A DNA stretch of 64,000 nucleotides from Escherichia coli (GCF_050920415.1 NZ_CP169309.1); one strand, 5' to 3'; counted from the stretch's first letter, positions 12,643 to 25,053 are shown. Made by a program: numbers and translations. Notes: generated by a model not told the origin, from the letters alone.

Positions 12643-13908
12643 CTATTCTTGATTAATAGTATTGTTGCGATTATTAATAACGAGTAAGAGGACTATAGCT
12701 GATATAACGATAATTGGAATGCTGCGTGCCCATATGATTACATCACTGAGTCCAATCCCCACTATGCCAAGCGTTAATATCAACAAACCCAATGCGCGTT
12801 TTTTATATGCTGTATAAAATAGTGAATAATAGAGGAAAAGGGTAGAAAAAATCCCCATCAGACCTTTTAGTGACGCTGCTTCAATTATCTCATTATGTAG
12901 GTGTACGTTAGAAAACTCCAATGCCCCTCTTAGCCTGTTGTGTTCTGCAACTAACAAATTCATACTTTCAGCGCGCGACTCTGCAGATCTAAATGAAAAA
13001 GGTGACTTTTTGAATATATCCAAACCAATTTCGTACATTGCCAGCCTTGCACCTAAGGAAGTCACGCTATTAGCATTGGTATAACTGTTTAAATCATTTA
13101 ATGCTTCATTATAGCGATTCTGTATTGGTTTATTAAATATAATTACAATACTCGCCAATATAGCAATTAGAAGAACAATAGCGGAAGTAAATTTCTTAGG
13201 TGATTTATTATAATAAGCTATTAATGTAACAGCACAAATTCCAGGAAACAGGAGTAGTGTTGCTCTGGTTTGTGTTAGTGCCAGAACATAAAGTACCGCG
13301 CAACTATTTAATAAAAATAAAAAAGGATGGTTCTTCTTAGTATAAAGAATCGCAACACCACTAACTATCCCTATTAGCATTGTTGAATATGCCGCTCCTG
13401 TTGCCGTTCCTACACCAAAAGAAATACGGTCATATTCATGAATGCTATTAATATACATTGCATATCCAGCAATTATAAATGACAGAGAATATAAAATGTA
13501 TAATACACTCTCTTTTTTATTTTTTAGCTGACTAGTTAGTGCTAAAAAAACAATAAAAGAACCAAATATAAATATTTTGGCAGTATTTAAATAACTATGG
13601 TAAGTAGCACGAAATGGCGAGTTATCTACTTTAAATATAGAATACCAAATTAAATCAAGCAAGCCTATAAAAAATATAGAAAGGGGCAGAATAATATTTT
13701 TTATATTGTAATTTCCTTGTCTGCCACGTAAAATTAGTGATAATAGGCAAACTATAGCAGTGATATTATATATCTTTATGCTGAAAGTGTTATCGACGAA
13801 TGCAATTATCAATGAAAGAAAACATAATATATAAGTTATTACCTCTAAAATCATAGATGATTTCAGAGTGTAAGGTTTCCATGAATGAAGTTTAATGAAG
13901 GTTGGCAT
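12643..13908 (-). CDS. waaL: O-antigen ligase, polytopic membrane protein, 421 aa
   Basis: Highly hydrophobic 421-aa ORF; position and orientation as waaL in the hldD-waaFCL operon. Confidence 0.85.
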   Translation of the reverse strand: MPTFIKLHSWKPYTLKSSMILEVITYILCFLSLIIAFVDNTFSIKIYNITAIVCLLSLILRGRQGNYNIKNIILPLSIFFIGLLDLIWYSIFKVDNSPFRATYHSYLNTAKIFIFGSFIVFLALTSQLKNKKESVLYILYSLSFIIAGYAMYINSIHEYDRISFGVGTATGAAYSTMLIGIVSGVAILYTKKNHPFLFLLNSCAVLYVLALTQTRATLLLFPGICAVTLIAYYNKSPKKFTSAIVLLIAILASIVIIFNKPIQNRYNEALNDLNSYTNANSVTSLGARLAMYEIGLDIFKKSPFSFRSAESRAESMNLLVAEHNRLRGALEFSNVHLHNEIIEAASLKGLMGIFSTLFLYYSLFYTAYKKRALGLLILTLGIVGIGLSDVIIWARSIPIIVISAIVLLLVINNRNNTINQE

Positions 13909-13917
13909 GTTTTACCT

Positions 13918-14877
13918 TTATAATGATGATAGTTTTTCCAAAACTGCTTGACCGTTGAGATTAATTAAACTTTTTCCCGGTGCCATGCAAACTACCTGAT
14001 TCTTCCCATACCCACCAATTAATCCCGGATCGGTAGGTCCATAAACCGTGATATTGGGTCTATCCAGTGCCGCCGTTAAATGGCTTAACCCCGTATCCAC
14101 CGACACCACAAATTTAGCGCCCGCCAGCACACGAGCAACGCCTTCCAGACTCATCTTCGGCAATACTTCAACATAAGCAAATCCTTCCGCCAGTCGTTTC
14201 GCCCGTTCTTCCTCATGCGGCGCGCCCCACGGAAGTTTAATCCGTATTCCTGAATCAGCCAGTAAACCAATCAATTCTCGCCAGTGTTCTTCCGGCCAGT
14301 GTTTATCATCACGGGTCGTCGCATGAAGAAATACGGCATATTCGCCAGCATCTGTAGGCAGGTTCGTCAGGAAATGCTGTGCGATAGCATAATCGCCCTG
14401 GGTTTGCGGTTTGCTATAGCCCAGACTTTTGGCAAACAGTTCGCGGGTGCGTTCTACGGCGTGCTGCTGTTTTGCAATATGATGCTTACGATTGTAAAAC
14501 AGGCTGGCTAAGGGTTCGCGAGCGGTTTGCCAGTCCATTCCATGCTTTACGCCATGCGCCAGACGCGTCACCAGCGCCGCGCTTTTTACCAGCCCCTGAG
14601 CGTCGATAACTGCGTCATAGTTCTCTGCTTGTAGCGCTTCACGAAACGCTTTGCGTTCAGCTTTTATGGGGGCCGAGAACCAGGCTTTACGCCAGCGACG
14701 TATTGCCACAGGAATAACTCGCTCAACGGCAGCGTGCCAGGAAGGAATCTGTGCGAACCCTTCTTCCACCACCCAGTCAAACTTAATCCCTGGGATTGCC
14801 TGCTGGGCATCAGTGAGTGCGGGCAGCGTATGGAGAACATCGCCCATCGACGATGTTTTAACGATCAGAACCCGCAT
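13918..14877 (-). CDS. waaC: LPS heptosyltransferase I, 319 aa
   Basis: MRVLIVKTSSMGDVLHTLPALTDA...; 319 aa. Confidence 0.9.
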   Translation of the reverse strand: MRVLIVKTSSMGDVLHTLPALTDAQQAIPGIKFDWVVEEGFAQIPSWHAAVERVIPVAIRRWRKAWFSAPIKAERKAFREALQAENYDAVIDAQGLVKSAALVTRLAHGVKHGMDWQTAREPLASLFYNRKHHIAKQQHAVERTRELFAKSLGYSKPQTQGDYAIAQHFLTNLPTDAGEYAVFLHATTRDDKHWPEEHWRELIGLLADSGIRIKLPWGAPHEEERAKRLAEGFAYVEVLPKMSLEGVARVLAGAKFVVSVDTGLSHLTAALDRPNITVYGPTDPGLIGGYGKNQVVCMAPGKSLINLNGQAVLEKLSSL

Positions 14878-14880
14878 CCG

Positions 14881-15927
14881 TCAGGTTTCCTCTTGTAACA
14901 ATAGCGCGTTGAGTTCTTCCAGTACGCGCTGGGGAGTAATGTCGATCAAGCTCTGGTGATAACCCTCCGCAGCGTCACCTTTACGCACTTTGTGATAGCC
15001 GGTAATCAGGCGGATCACGCGCGCTTTATGGGATAGTGGCGGTGTGAAGTCCGGGCTACTCGGACCATACAGGGCAACCAAAGGACGATTGAGCGCCGCC
15101 GCAACGTGCATCAGGCCAGAATCGTTAGTGACAATGGCTTTACAGGCTGCAATCAGGATAACTGCTTGATCAAGCTGTGTTTCCCCCGCCAGGTTCCGGC
15201 ACCATGCCTGCTGCTCGGTATTCAAAGCGGCAAGAATCTCATTGCCCGCTTCATGATCTTTCGCCGAGCCAAACAGAACCACCTGATAACCTTCATCAAT
15301 CAGCTGCTTTGCCAGCTCCGCATAGTGGTAGTGTGGCCAGCGTTTTGCCGGACCAAACTCCGCTCCGGGGCAAAAGCCAATCATCGGACGTTCTGATGAA
15401 AGCGAAAATTGATTACAGGTATATGATTTTTCACCTTCGCTCACCTGCAACTGCGGCCATAACAATGGCTGCGGCAGATCTTGTGCGGTACGCATAATGC
15501 CTTTGTCATAGGCCAGCGCGACATAGCGTTCCACCATTAGCGGCCAGGCTTCTTTATCGAGCACGCGTACATCGTTAAGTAAACCGTAGCGCATCTCGCC
15601 GCGCCAGCCGGTGCGATGAGGAATACCCGCGAAGAAAGGCACTAATGCGGACTTGAAGGAGTTGGGTAAGACGTAGGCGCGGTCGTAGCGCTTTTCACGC
15701 AGACTATGACCCAGTTTGCGGCGTTCGCCGATTTCCAGCGCTCCGTGACCGAGAGGCATAGGGATAGCTTCGTTAACTTCCGGCATCCGCGATAATAACG
15801 GACGGCACCATGCCGGTGCCATCACGTCGATTATCGCCTGGGGATAGCGCGCCTGGAGCGTGCGATAGAGACTTTGCGACATCATCATGTCGCCAACCCA
15901 AGACGGGCCGATCACCAGTATTTTCAT
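14881..15927 (-). CDS. waaF: LPS heptosyltransferase II, 348 aa
   Basis: MKILVIGPSWVGDMMMSQSLYRTL...; 348 aa. Confidence 0.9.
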   Translation of the reverse strand: MKILVIGPSWVGDMMMSQSLYRTLQARYPQAIIDVMAPAWCRPLLSRMPEVNEAIPMPLGHGALEIGERRKLGHSLREKRYDRAYVLPNSFKSALVPFFAGIPHRTGWRGEMRYGLLNDVRVLDKEAWPLMVERYVALAYDKGIMRTAQDLPQPLLWPQLQVSEGEKSYTCNQFSLSSERPMIGFCPGAEFGPAKRWPHYHYAELAKQLIDEGYQVVLFGSAKDHEAGNEILAALNTEQQAWCRNLAGETQLDQAVILIAACKAIVTNDSGLMHVAAALNRPLVALYGPSSPDFTPPLSHKARVIRLITGYHKVRKGDAAEGYHQSLIDITPQRVLEELNALLLQEET

Positions 15928-15936
15928 GCAGAGCTC

Positions 15937-16869
15937 TTATGCGTCGCGATTCAGCCAGGCCATGTATTCCGTTACACCTTCAGCAACGGTTTTGAACGGT
16001 TTGTCGTAACCCGCCGCGCGCAGATTCGTCAGATCTGCCTGAGTGAACGCCTGATAGCGGCCTTTCAGTTTATCCGGGAACGGAATGTATTCGATCTGGC
16101 CTTTCTTGTGATAAGCAAGCGTAGCATCTGCTACTGCCTGGAAGGATTCTGCACGACCGGTGCCGAGGTTGAAGATGCCGGAAACGCCATTTTCCAGGAA
16201 CCACAGATTCACATCAGCCACGTCGCCCACATAGACGAAGTCACGTTTGAAGTTCTCGCTACCTTCGAACAGCTTCGGTGATTCACCGTTGTTAAGCTGA
16301 GTGTTGAGATGGAAAGCGACGCTCGCCATGCTGCCTTTATGGCCTTCACGCGGTCCATAAACGTTGAAATAGCGGAAGCCAACAATCTGCGAGTTCGCTT
16401 CTGGCAGGATTTGGCGAACATATTCATCAAACAGGAATTTTGAGTAACCGTAGACGTTCAACGGTTTTTCGTACTCGCGGGATTCAATAAAGTCGGAGGT
16501 GCGACCGCCGTAAGTGGCCGCGGAAGAGGCATACAGGAACGGGATTTCGCGTTCCAGACAGTAGTGCAGCAGCTCTTTGGAGTATTGATAGTTGTTATCC
16601 ATCATATACTTGCCATCCCACTCGGTGGTGGAAGAGCACGCGCCTTCGTGGAAAATCGCTTCGACATCGCCGAACTCTTCGCCAGCCATAATCTGGATCA
16701 GGAAGTCTTCCTTATCCATATAGTCCGCGATATCCAGATCGACCAGGTTCACAAACTTGGTGCCGTCTTTCAGGTTGTCCACCACCAGAATATCGGTGAT
16801 GCCTTTATCATTCAGGGCCTTAACGATATTGCTGCCGATAAAGCCCGCGCCGCCGGTAACGATGATCAT
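15937..16869 (-). CDS. hldD: ADP-L-glycero-D-manno-heptose 6-epimerase, 310 aa
   Basis: [23 protein letters not shown]... (NAD-binding GxxGxxG); 310 aa. Confidence 0.9.
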
Positions 16870-17082
16870 AACTGTAACCTTCGAATTATGGAGTCAGAGA
16901 CAATCTCAGACACGAATGCTTCTATCATATCACTACACGGCGTTCGCTTCAGCCATTCGCCAAAAGTGAGATTGATGGACGTTATTTATCCTGAATTTTG
17001 CAGAAGTGTTAACGCGTCATCTCGTCGCAACCTATAAGTTTGGGTAATATGTGCTGGAATTTGCCCTGTCTGGAGAATCGCA

Positions 17083-18279
17083 ATGCGTGGAGAATTTTAT
17101 CAGCAGTTAACCAACGATCTGGAAACCGCAAGGGTGGAAGGGTTGTTTAAAGAAGAGCGCATTATTACGTCTGCGCAACAAGCAGACATCACGGTGGCTG
17201 ATGGAAGCCACGTCATTAACTTTTGTGCCAATAACTATCTCGGACTGGCGAATCATCCGGATCTGATTGCGGCGGCAAAGGCGGGAATGGATTCTCACGG
17301 TTTCGGCATGGCTTCGGTGCGTTTTATTTGCGGCACTCAGGACAGCCATAAAGAGCTTGAACAAAAACTGGCGGCCTTCCTGGGGATGGAAGATGCGATT
17401 CTCTACTCTTCCTGCTTTGATGCTAACGGTGGCCTGTTCGAAACGCTGTTGGGCGCGGAAGACGCCATTATCTCCGACGCACTGAACCACGCGTCTATTA
17501 TTGATGGTGTGCGTCTGTGCAAAGCTAAACGCTATCGTTATGCCAACAACGATATGCAGGAGCTGGAAGCACGTCTGAAAGAAGCGCGTGAAGCCGGTGC
17601 GCGTCATGTGCTGATTGCCACCGATGGTGTGTTCTCGATGGACGGCGTGATTGCCAACCTGAAAGGTGTTTGCGATCTGGCAGATAAATACGATGCCCTG
17701 GTGATGGTAGACGACTCCCACGCCGTTGGTTTTGTCGGTGAAAATGGTCGTGGTTCCCATGAATACTGCGATGTGATGGGCCGGGTCGATATTATCACCG
17801 GCACGCTCGGTAAAGCGCTGGGCGGGGCTTCTGGTGGTTATACCGCGGCGCGCAAAGAAGTGGTTGAGTGGCTGCGCCAGCGTTCTCGTCCGTACCTGTT
17901 CTCCAACTCGTTGGCACCGGCCATTGTTGCCGCTTCCATCAAAGTGCTGGAGATGGTTGAAGCGGGTAGCGAGTTGCGTGACCGTCTGTGGGCGAACGCG
18001 CGTCAGTTCCGTGAGCAAATGTCGGCGGCGGGCTTTACCCTGGCGGGTGCCGATCACGCCATTATTCCGGTCATGCTTGGCGATGCTGTAGTGGCGCAAA
18101 AATTTGCACGTGAACTGCAAAAAGAGGGCATTTACGTCACCGGTTTCTTCTATCCGGTCGTTCCGAAAGGTCAGGCGCGTATTCGTACCCAGATGTCTGC
18201 GGCGCATACCCCTGAGCAAATTACGCGTGCGGTAGAAGCGTTCACGCGTATTGGTAAACAACTGGGCGTAATCGCCTGA
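17083..18279 (+). CDS. kbl: 2-amino-3-ketobutyrate CoA ligase (glycine C-acetyltransferase), 398 aa
   Basis: 398-aa PLP-dependent aminotransferase class II; followed by tdh. Confidence 0.9.
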   Translation: MRGEFYQQLTNDLETARVEGLFKEERIITSAQQADITVADGSHVINFCANNYLGLANHPDLIAAAKAGMDSHGFGMASVRFICGTQDSHKELEQKLAAFLGMEDAILYSSCFDANGGLFETLLGAEDAIISDALNHASIIDGVRLCKAKRYRYANNDMQELEARLKEAREAGARHVLIATDGVFSMDGVIANLKGVCDLADKYDALVMVDDSHAVGFVGENGRGSHEYCDVMGRVDIITGTLGKALGGASGGYTAARKEVVEWLRQRSRPYLFSNSLAPAIVAASIKVLEMVEAGSELRDRLWANARQFREQMSAAGFTLAGADHAIIPVMLGDAVVAQKFARELQKEGIYVTGFFYPVVPKGQARIRTQMSAAHTPEQITRAVEAFTRIGKQLGVIA

Positions 18280-18292
18280 GTGAGGATGTGAG

Positions 18293-19318
18293 ATGAAAGC
18301 GTTATCCAAACTGAAAGCGGAAGAGGGCATCTGGATGACCGACGTTCCTGAACCGGAACTCGGACATAACGATCTGCTGATTAAAATCCGTAAAACAGCC
18401 ATCTGCGGGACTGACGTTCACATCTATAACTGGGATGAGTGGTCGCAAAAAACCATCCCAGTACCGATGGTTGTAGGCCATGAATATGTCGGTGAGGTGG
18501 TTGGCATCGGTCAGGAAGTGAAAGGCTTCAAGATCGGCGATCGCGTTTCTGGCGAAGGCCATATCACTTGTGGTCATTGCCGCAACTGTCGTGGCGGTCG
18601 TACACATCTGTGCCGCAACACGATCGGCGTCGGCGTTAACCGTCCGGGCTGCTTCGCCGAGTATCTGGTGATTCCGGCGTTCAACGCTTTCAAAATCCCC
18701 GACAATATCTCCGATGATCTGGCTTCCATTTTTGATCCCTTCGGTAACGCCGTGCATACCGCGCTGTCGTTTGATCTGGTGGGCGAGGATGTGCTGGTCT
18801 CTGGTGCAGGCCCGATAGGTATTATGGCTGCGGCGGTGGCGAAACACGTCGGTGCACGCAACGTGGTGATCACGGATGTTAATGAATACCGCCTTGAGCT
18901 GGCGCGTAAAATGGGTATCACCCGTGCGGTTAACGTCGCCAAAGAAAATCTCAATGACGTGATGGCGGAGTTAGGCATGACCGAAGGCTTTGATGTCGGT
19001 CTGGAAATGTCCGGTGCGCCGCCAGCGTTTCGTACCATGCTCGACACCATGAACCACGGCGGTCGCATTGCGATGCTGGGTATTCCGCCGTCTGATATGT
19101 CTATCGACTGGACCAAAGTGATCTTTAAAGGCTTGTTCATTAAAGGTATTTACGGTCGTGAGATGTTTGAAACCTGGTACAAGATGGCGGCGCTGATTCA
19201 GTCTGGCCTCGATCTCTCGCCGATCATTACCCATCGTTTCTCTATCGATGATTTCCAGAAGGGCTTTGACGCTATGCGTTCGGGCCAGTCCGGGAAAGTT
19301 ATTCTGAGCTGGGATTAA
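18293..19318 (+). CDS. tdh: L-threonine 3-dehydrogenase, 341 aa
   Basis: Zn-dependent ADH-like (...[12 protein letters not shown]..., ...[10 protein letters not shown]...); 341 aa. Confidence 0.9.
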   Translation: MKALSKLKAEEGIWMTDVPEPELGHNDLLIKIRKTAICGTDVHIYNWDEWSQKTIPVPMVVGHEYVGEVVGIGQEVKGFKIGDRVSGEGHITCGHCRNCRGGRTHLCRNTIGVGVNRPGCFAEYLVIPAFNAFKIPDNISDDLASIFDPFGNAVHTALSFDLVGEDVLVSGAGPIGIMAAAVAKHVGARNVVITDVNEYRLELARKMGITRAVNVAKENLNDVMAELGMTEGFDVGLEMSGAPPAFRTMLDTMNHGGRIAMLGIPPSDMSIDWTKVIFKGLFIKGIYGREMFETWYKMAALIQSGLDLSPIITHRFSIDDFQKGFDAMRSGQSGKVILSWD

Positions 19319-19328
19319 CACGAACAAG

Positions 19329-19353
19329 GGCTGGTATTCCAGCCCTTTTTCCT
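19329..19353 (+). terminator. Rho-independent terminator after tdh (gggctgg-tattc-cagccc followed by T-run)
   Basis: GC stem plus ttttt tract read directly, 10 bp after tdh stop. Confidence 0.7.
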
Positions 19354-19555
19354 GAGGATAATCCGTTAAATATGTAAAATCCTGTCAGTGTAATAAAGAT
19401 ATCGTAATTGCGCTGATCTCTTATATAGCTGCTCTCATTATCTCTCTACCCTGAAGTGACTCTCTCACCTGTAAAAATAATATCTCACAGGCTTAATGGT
19501 TTCTTAATACAAAGCCTGTAAAACATCAGGATAACTTCAGAGGTCGTCGGTATTT

Positions 19556-20590
19556 ATGATGAACAGCACCAATAAACTCAGTGTTATTATCCCGTTATAT
19601 AATGCGGGAGATGATTTCCGTACTTGCATGGAATCTTTAATCGCGCAAACCTGGACTGCTCTGGAAATCATTATTATTAACGATGGTTCAACGGATAATT
19701 CTGTTGAAATAGCAAAGCATTACGCGGAAAACTATCCGCACGTTCGTTTGCTGCATCAGGCGAATGCCGGCGCATCGGTGGCGCGTAATCGTGGGATCGA
19801 GGCGGCGACGGGTAAATATGTCGCTTTTGTCGATGCTGACGATGAGGTCTATCCCACTATGTACGAAACGCTGATGACCATGGCGTTAGAGGACGACCTC
19901 GACGTGGCGCAGTGCAACGCTGACTGGTGTTTTCGTGAAACGGGAGAAACCTGGCAATCCATCCCCAGCGATCGCCTTCGCTCAACCGGCGTATTAACCG
20001 GCCCTGATTGGTTGCGGATGGGGCTTTCTTCCCGCCGTTGGACTCATGTTGTCTGGATGGGCATTTATCGTCGTGATGTCATTGTTAAAAATAACATTAA
20101 ATTTATTGCCGGATTACATCATCAGGATATTGTCTGGACAACAGAATTTATGTTTAACGCGCAACGCGTGCGATATACCGAGCAATCGTTATATAAATAT
20201 TATTTGCATAATACGGCAGTGAGCCGATTGAATAGACAGGGAAATAAAAACCTTAATTATCAACGCCACTATATTAAGATTACCCGACTGTTGGAAAAGT
20301 TAAATCGCGATTACGCAGACAGAATAGTGATTTACCCGGAATTTCATCAACAAATAACTTACGAAGCATTACGTGTTTGCCATGCGGTACGTAAAGAGCC
20401 AGATATTATTACCCGCCAACGGATGATTGCTGAGATATTTACTTCCGGTATGTATAAGCGCCTGATTTCCAATGTACGCAGCATAAAGGTGGGTTATCAG
20501 GCGTTACTGTGGTCTTTCCGCTTATGGCAATGGCGCGACAAAACACGGTCGCACCATCGCATTACGCGTAGCGCCTTTAATTTGCGCTAG
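19556..20590 (+). CDS. waaH: GT2-family glycosyltransferase WaaH (YibD), 344 aa
   Basis: ...[14 protein letters not shown]...[11 protein letters not shown]...VDADDE... (GT2 DxD), 344 aa. Confidence 0.85.
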   Translation: MMNSTNKLSVIIPLYNAGDDFRTCMESLIAQTWTALEIIIINDGSTDNSVEIAKHYAENYPHVRLLHQANAGASVARNRGIEAATGKYVAFVDADDEVYPTMYETLMTMALEDDLDVAQCNADWCFRETGETWQSIPSDRLRSTGVLTGPDWLRMGLSSRRWTHVVWMGIYRRDVIVKNNIKFIAGLHHQDIVWTTEFMFNAQRVRYTEQSLYKYYLHNTAVSRLNRQGNKNLNYQRHYIKITRLLEKLNRDYADRIVIYPEFHQQITYEALRVCHAVRKEPDIITRQRMIAEIFTSGMYKRLISNVRSIKVGYQALLWSFRLWQWRDKTRSHHRITRSAFNLR

Positions 20591-21536
20591 CGTTAAGTTT
20601 TGCCGCTTCGGGCTGCTTGCCCCAGCCTTGCCACTGATGCTGGAAGTAAACGATCAGCGTGCTCTGGCTGATGCTTTCGCTTAATACTTCAAAGAAGCGA
20701 TTAGCATAAACCGGTTCCAGCGGTTTCTTCGGTTTACACAGTTTCACGCCACGGAACGGATTATGCGGTGCATCAGGCACAGCGTTTATCGGCGGTGTAG
20801 AAGTATCAACCTGCGGTTCATTCAGCAAGCTGCTGGCTTTCACCAGTGTAATGTCTGGCGGCAGGTTATAAACCATCTGTTGCAACACGCGTACCGTTGA
20901 AGGGTGAGGATGCCCAATGGCAATGGTTGAACCGTTGCGACGCGCCAGGTCAATTGCACGATTAAACTGCACACGGATGTCTGCTTCGTTCTGTGAATCG
21001 TCGAGGAACACCTTCCGTTTAATAACCTTCACGCCAGTGCCTTGCGCGGCGCGCATCGCCTGGGTATTACCGATGGTTACGCTGTCGAGGAAGTAAAGAT
21101 TGTAACGCTCCAGTGCCTGCATCACTTTCTGCATACCAAACAGGTTAGAGGTCATCTTGCTGCCCATGTGGTTGTTGATCCCCACGGCATAGGGCACGTT
21201 ATTGACCGCACTACGAATAATGCGCTCAATTTCGTCGCTGCTCATCTCCGGGCGCAGCGTATTTTTCTCCAGCGGCTGTTTACTCAACGGTGCCATCGGC
21301 AGATGAATCAACACTTCGTGACCGCTGTTATGCGCTTTGGTCGCCATCTCTCTGGCGTGCGGTGAATCGGGTAATACAGCGACGGAGATAGCGGAAGGCA
21401 TCGCCAGCACCTGGTTTTCGTTGTGTGGGCGATACCCAAAATCATCAATGACGATGGCAAGTTTGCCAGCAAGTACAGGGGAGGAGAGCGCCAACAGAGC
21501 GGCAAATGCAAGAACGTTACGACGAAATGGAAACAA
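20577..21536 (-). CDS. yibQ: Divergent polysaccharide deacetylase family protein, 319 aa
   Basis: 319-aa ORF with signal peptide, upstream of and co-oriented with envC. Confidence 0.8.
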   Translation of the reverse strand: MFPFRRNVLAFAALLALSSPVLAGKLAIVIDDFGYRPHNENQVLAMPSAISVAVLPDSPHAREMATKAHNSGHEVLIHLPMAPLSKQPLEKNTLRPEMSSDEIERIIRSAVNNVPYAVGINNHMGSKMTSNLFGMQKVMQALERYNLYFLDSVTIGNTQAMRAAQGTGVKVIKRKVFLDDSQNEADIRVQFNRAIDLARRNGSTIAIGHPHPSTVRVLQQMVYNLPPDITLVKASSLLNEPQVDTSTPPINAVPDAPHNPFRGVKLCKPKKPLEPVYANRFFEVLSESISQSTLIVYFQHQWQGWGKQPEAAKLNASAN

Positions 21537-21539
21537 AAC

Positions 21540-22799
21540 TTATCTTCCCAACCACGGCTGTGGATTGACCGCCTGACCCTGGCGGCGAATTTCGAAATAA
21601 AGTGAAGGCCGACCCTGACCGCCACTGCTGCCCACCAGTGCAATTGGCTGGCCCGCGCGAACCTGCGAACCAACGCTCACCAGTGCGCTCTGATTATAGC
21701 CGTAAAGACTCATGTCGCCTTTACCATGCTCAACCACCACCACCAGACCGTAGCCTTGCAGCCAGTCAGCCAGAATCACCCGACCGTCGGCAATCGCTTT
21801 AACTTCAGTACCTTCAGAAGCACCAATCACCATCCCTTTCCAGCGCAGCTCACCCTGTAGCTGCTCGCCATAACGATGCAGCGTCGGCCCGCGAACCGGC
21901 CAGAATGCCTGACCACGCGGCGCTCCCAGGCCACCAGTTCGGGACATCAGCGATTTTTCGCTTTCGGTCGGTTTGTAGGTGGTGCCTTTGCGCGTCGCTT
22001 CTTTCTGACGGTCGCGAACCGCCTGGGCTTCGCGCGCCTCACGTTCAGCACGCGCTTTCGCCGCCGCTTCCGCACGGGCAATGCTGTTACGTAGACGAGA
22101 TTCGTTGGCGCGCAGCTCGCTCAACTGTTGTTGACCTTGCTGGATGGAAGACTCTAGCCCAGCCAGCGTCTTTTTACGATCGTTCAGCGCCTGGGTCAGC
22201 TTCGCCTGTTGGGCTCGCTGCTCATATAACAGTGTTTGTTGCTCGCTCTGTTTCTCTTCCAGCTCGGCGCGTTGCATAGCGACTTCTTCACGCGTTTGTT
22301 TCAACTGAGCAATGGTTTCTTGTCGCGCCTGGTTGAGATAGCCGAAATAAGCCTGTAAACGCTGTCCACGCTGGCTTTCTTCACCGCTGAGAATCAGCTG
22401 AATACCGGTATGCTCGCCCTGACGGAATGCGGCATCCAGTTGTGCGGCGAGGCTGCGCTCCTGGGCGGCTTTTTGCTGCTCCAGTTTGGCAATCGACGCG
22501 TTCATCTCATCAATCTGTTTATTCAGTTGATTGAGCGTGTTTTGCGTTTCGCGCAGCTTACGGGTGGCTTCCGAGATCGCTTCTTCCTGCTTTTTCAACT
22601 GAGCAAGCAGGCTGGAGCGTTGTTGTTGTTTTTGGCGTACCGCGCGCTCTTTCGCGGCGATATCGGCCTGAATGGATTTGAGTTGGTCGCGATCATCCGC
22701 GTGGGCGGAAAAGGCGCACAACAATACGCCAGCGCTAAGAACGCTGGCGTAGATGATGGGCCTGATTGCAAACCTGCGCGGTTTCACGGCCCGTGTCAT
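21540..22799 (-). CDS. envC: Murein hydrolase activator EnvC (coiled-coil plus LytM domain), 419 aa from internal Met
   Basis: MTRAVKPRRFAIRPIIYASVLSAG... then long coiled coil and C-terminal LytM-like region. Confidence 0.9.
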   Translation of the reverse strand: MTRAVKPRRFAIRPIIYASVLSAGVLLCAFSAHADDRDQLKSIQADIAAKERAVRQKQQQRSSLLAQLKKQEEAISEATRKLRETQNTLNQLNKQIDEMNASIAKLEQQKAAQERSLAAQLDAAFRQGEHTGIQLILSGEESQRGQRLQAYFGYLNQARQETIAQLKQTREEVAMQRAELEEKQSEQQTLLYEQRAQQAKLTQALNDRKKTLAGLESSIQQGQQQLSELRANESRLRNSIARAEAAAKARAEREAREAQAVRDRQKEATRKGTTYKPTESEKSLMSRTGGLGAPRGQAFWPVRGPTLHRYGEQLQGELRWKGMVIGASEGTEVKAIADGRVILADWLQGYGLVVVVEHGKGDMSLYGYNQSALVSVGSQVRAGQPIALVGSSGGQGRPSLYFEIRRQGQAVNPQPWLGR

Positions 22800-22832
22800 G
22801 GTATTAATCGCCTTTCCCCTCATGGGGAGGGA

Positions 22833-24377
22833 TTATTCCACGATGAACAGCGGCTTACCAGTCATCTCTTGCGGGATTTCCATACCCATCAGCGACAACA
22901 TGGTCGGCGCGATGTCAGAAAGTTTGCCGCCTTCAACCGCTTTCACGTTCTTATCACCAACGTAAATCAGCGGAACTGGCAGGTTGGTGTGTGCCGTGTG
23001 TGCCTGACCCGTTGCCGGATCGCGCATCTGTTCAGCGTTACCGTGGTCAGCGGTGATCAGCAGTTGTCCACCTACAGACTCAACCGCTTTCGCAACTTCA
23101 TCCACGCAGTGATCCAGCGCTTCAACGGCTTTAACCGCTGCTTCCATCACCCCGGTGTGACCTACCATGTCGCCGTTAGGATAGTTACAGATGATAGTGT
23201 CGTATTTGCCGCTCTTGATGGCCGCAACCAGTTTTTCGGTCAGCTCTGCGGAACTCATTTCTGGCTGCAGGTCGTAAGTTGCCACTTTCGGCGAGTTGAT
23301 CAGAATGCGGTCTTCGCCTTTGAACGACTCTTCTACACCACCGTTAAAGAAGAAAGTGACGTGAGCATATTTTTCGGTTTCGGAAATACGCAGTTGAGTT
23401 TTGTCGTTTTTCGCCATCCACTCGCCGAAGGTGTTAACCAGAGAAGCTGGCGGGTAAGCAACCGCAGTTTTGATATCAGCGGCGTATTCGGTCAGCATCA
23501 CGAAATCGATCTTAACCACTTTCTTACGCGCGAAGCCGTCGAAATCAGCGTTCACGAAAGCACGAGTGATTTCACGCGCGCGGTCAGCACGGAAGTTCAT
23601 GAAAATCAGCGCATCGCCGTCTTCCATTGCCGCGTCTGGCTGGCCTTCAGCACGGATAACGGTCGCTTTCACGAATTCGTCGTTTTCGTCGCGAGCATAA
23701 GCAGCCTGCAAACCGGCAACAGCGGTGTCGGCCTGGAATTCGCCCTGCGCCAGCGTCAGCAGGTCATACGCTTTTTCAACGCGATCCCAACGATTGTCGC
23801 GGTCCATTGCGTAGTAACGACCAATGATGGACGCTACGCGGCCTTTGCCCAGCGCGGCAAATTTCTCTTCGAATTTTTTCAGCGAGGATTCAGCACTGCG
23901 CGGCGGGGTGTCGCGACCGTCAAGGAATGCGTGCAGGTAGATTTTTTCTGCGCCGCGTTCCGCTGCCAGTTCTACCATCGCCATGATGTGAACTTCGTGG
24001 CTGTGTACACCACCTGCGGAGAGCAGACCCATAATGTGTACTGCTTTGCCTGCGTTTTTCGCTTTATCTACCGCACCAGTCAGCACCGGATTAGCGAAGA
24101 AAGCGCGATCTTTGATTTCAACGTCCAGACGAGTCAGGTCCTGATACACGATGCGGCCGGCACCCAGGTTAACGTGGCCTACTTCGGAGTTACCCATTTG
24201 ACGGTCAGGCAGACCGACTTCCAGACCGGAAGCGTCGATCAGGGTATGCGGACGATTGGCCCACAGTGCATCCATTACCGGGGTTTTAGCACTAAAAATG
24301 GCGTTATCCTGCTGTTCTTCGCGATAGCCATAGCCATCCAGAATCACCAGTACCATAGGTTTTTTAGAAACCGACAT
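22833..24377 (-). CDS. gpmM: 2,3-bisphosphoglycerate-independent phosphoglycerate mutase, 514 aa; the 562-aa ORF in the track is an upstream extension
   Basis: [21 protein letters not shown]...; start set at Met49 of the 562-aa ORF. Confidence 0.9.
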   Translation of the reverse strand: MSVSKKPMVLVILDGYGYREEQQDNAIFSAKTPVMDALWANRPHTLIDASGLEVGLPDRQMGNSEVGHVNLGAGRIVYQDLTRLDVEIKDRAFFANPVLTGAVDKAKNAGKAVHIMGLLSAGGVHSHEVHIMAMVELAAERGAEKIYLHAFLDGRDTPPRSAESSLKKFEEKFAALGKGRVASIIGRYYAMDRDNRWDRVEKAYDLLTLAQGEFQADTAVAGLQAAYARDENDEFVKATVIRAEGQPDAAMEDGDALIFMNFRADRAREITRAFVNADFDGFARKKVVKIDFVMLTEYAADIKTAVAYPPASLVNTFGEWMAKNDKTQLRISETEKYAHVTFFFNGGVEESFKGEDRILINSPKVATYDLQPEMSSAELTEKLVAAIKSGKYDTIICNYPNGDMVGHTGVMEAAVKAVEALDHCVDEVAKAVESVGGQLLITADHGNAEQMRDPATGQAHTAHTNLPVPLIYVGDKNVKAVEGGKLSDIAPTMLSLMGMEIPQEMTGKPLFIVE

Positions 24378-24621
24378 TGCGACAACCTCATACTCAAGAG
24401 TCAAAATTTGCGTAATTTTACTACAGCTGAATCGATAAAATAGCCTCTGAAGATCAAAATATACGACCGCTCGCGGCAAGCCGATGCCAGATTTACGCTT
24501 TTTTTTCGTAGCGCCCCGCAAAATTGCATTCCAGTTAACGCGCTGGCTGTATTTGCCGCACCGCGCAGGTATACTCCTTTCCTGGTTTTTTTAATCACTA
24601 CGTCGGGAGTTGTTACCCCCC

Positions 24622-25053
24622 ATGCAAGAAATTATGCAATTTGTTGGCCGTCATCCCATACTGAGTATCGCCTGGATCGCGTTACTGGTGGCGGTTCTTG
24701 TGACTACGTTTAAGAGCCTGACCTCGAAAGTGAAGGTGATTACTCGTGGTGAAGCTACACGTCTGATCAACAAAGAAGACGCTGTGGTTGTGGATTTACG
24801 TCAGCGTGATGACTTCCGTAAAGGCCATATCGCAGGTTCTATCAATCTGTTGCCGAGCGAAATCAAAGCCAATAATGTTGGTGAGCTTGAGAAGCACAAA
24901 GACAAGCCGGTTATCGTGGTAGACGGTTCTGGCATGCAGTGCCAGGAGCCTGCAAACGCGCTGACGAAAGCAGGTTTTGCGCAAGTATTCGTGCTGAAAG
25001 AGGGCGTCGCTGGCTGGGCTGGTGAAAACTTGCCTCTGGTGCGCGGCAAATAA
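24622..25053 (+). CDS. yibN: Rhodanese-domain inner-membrane protein YibN, 143 aa
   Basis: [27 protein letters not shown]... with single TM and rhodanese-like C-terminus. Confidence 0.85.

Noticed and set aside
17107-18402. 431-aa ORF on the minus strand
   Set aside because: Antisense to kbl and the start of tdh; no recognisable domain.
19370-19520. Pho box upstream of waaH
   Set aside because: CTGTCA- and CTGTAAA-like half-sites are present but neither forms a convincing 7-4-7 direct-repeat Pho box by eye. Needs a PWM scan.
22410-24443. 677-aa ORF on the plus strand
   Set aside because: It lies antisense to envC and gpmM, whose products are clearly recognisable; the translated sequence is low-complexity with no motif. 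Treated as a spurious antisense ORF.
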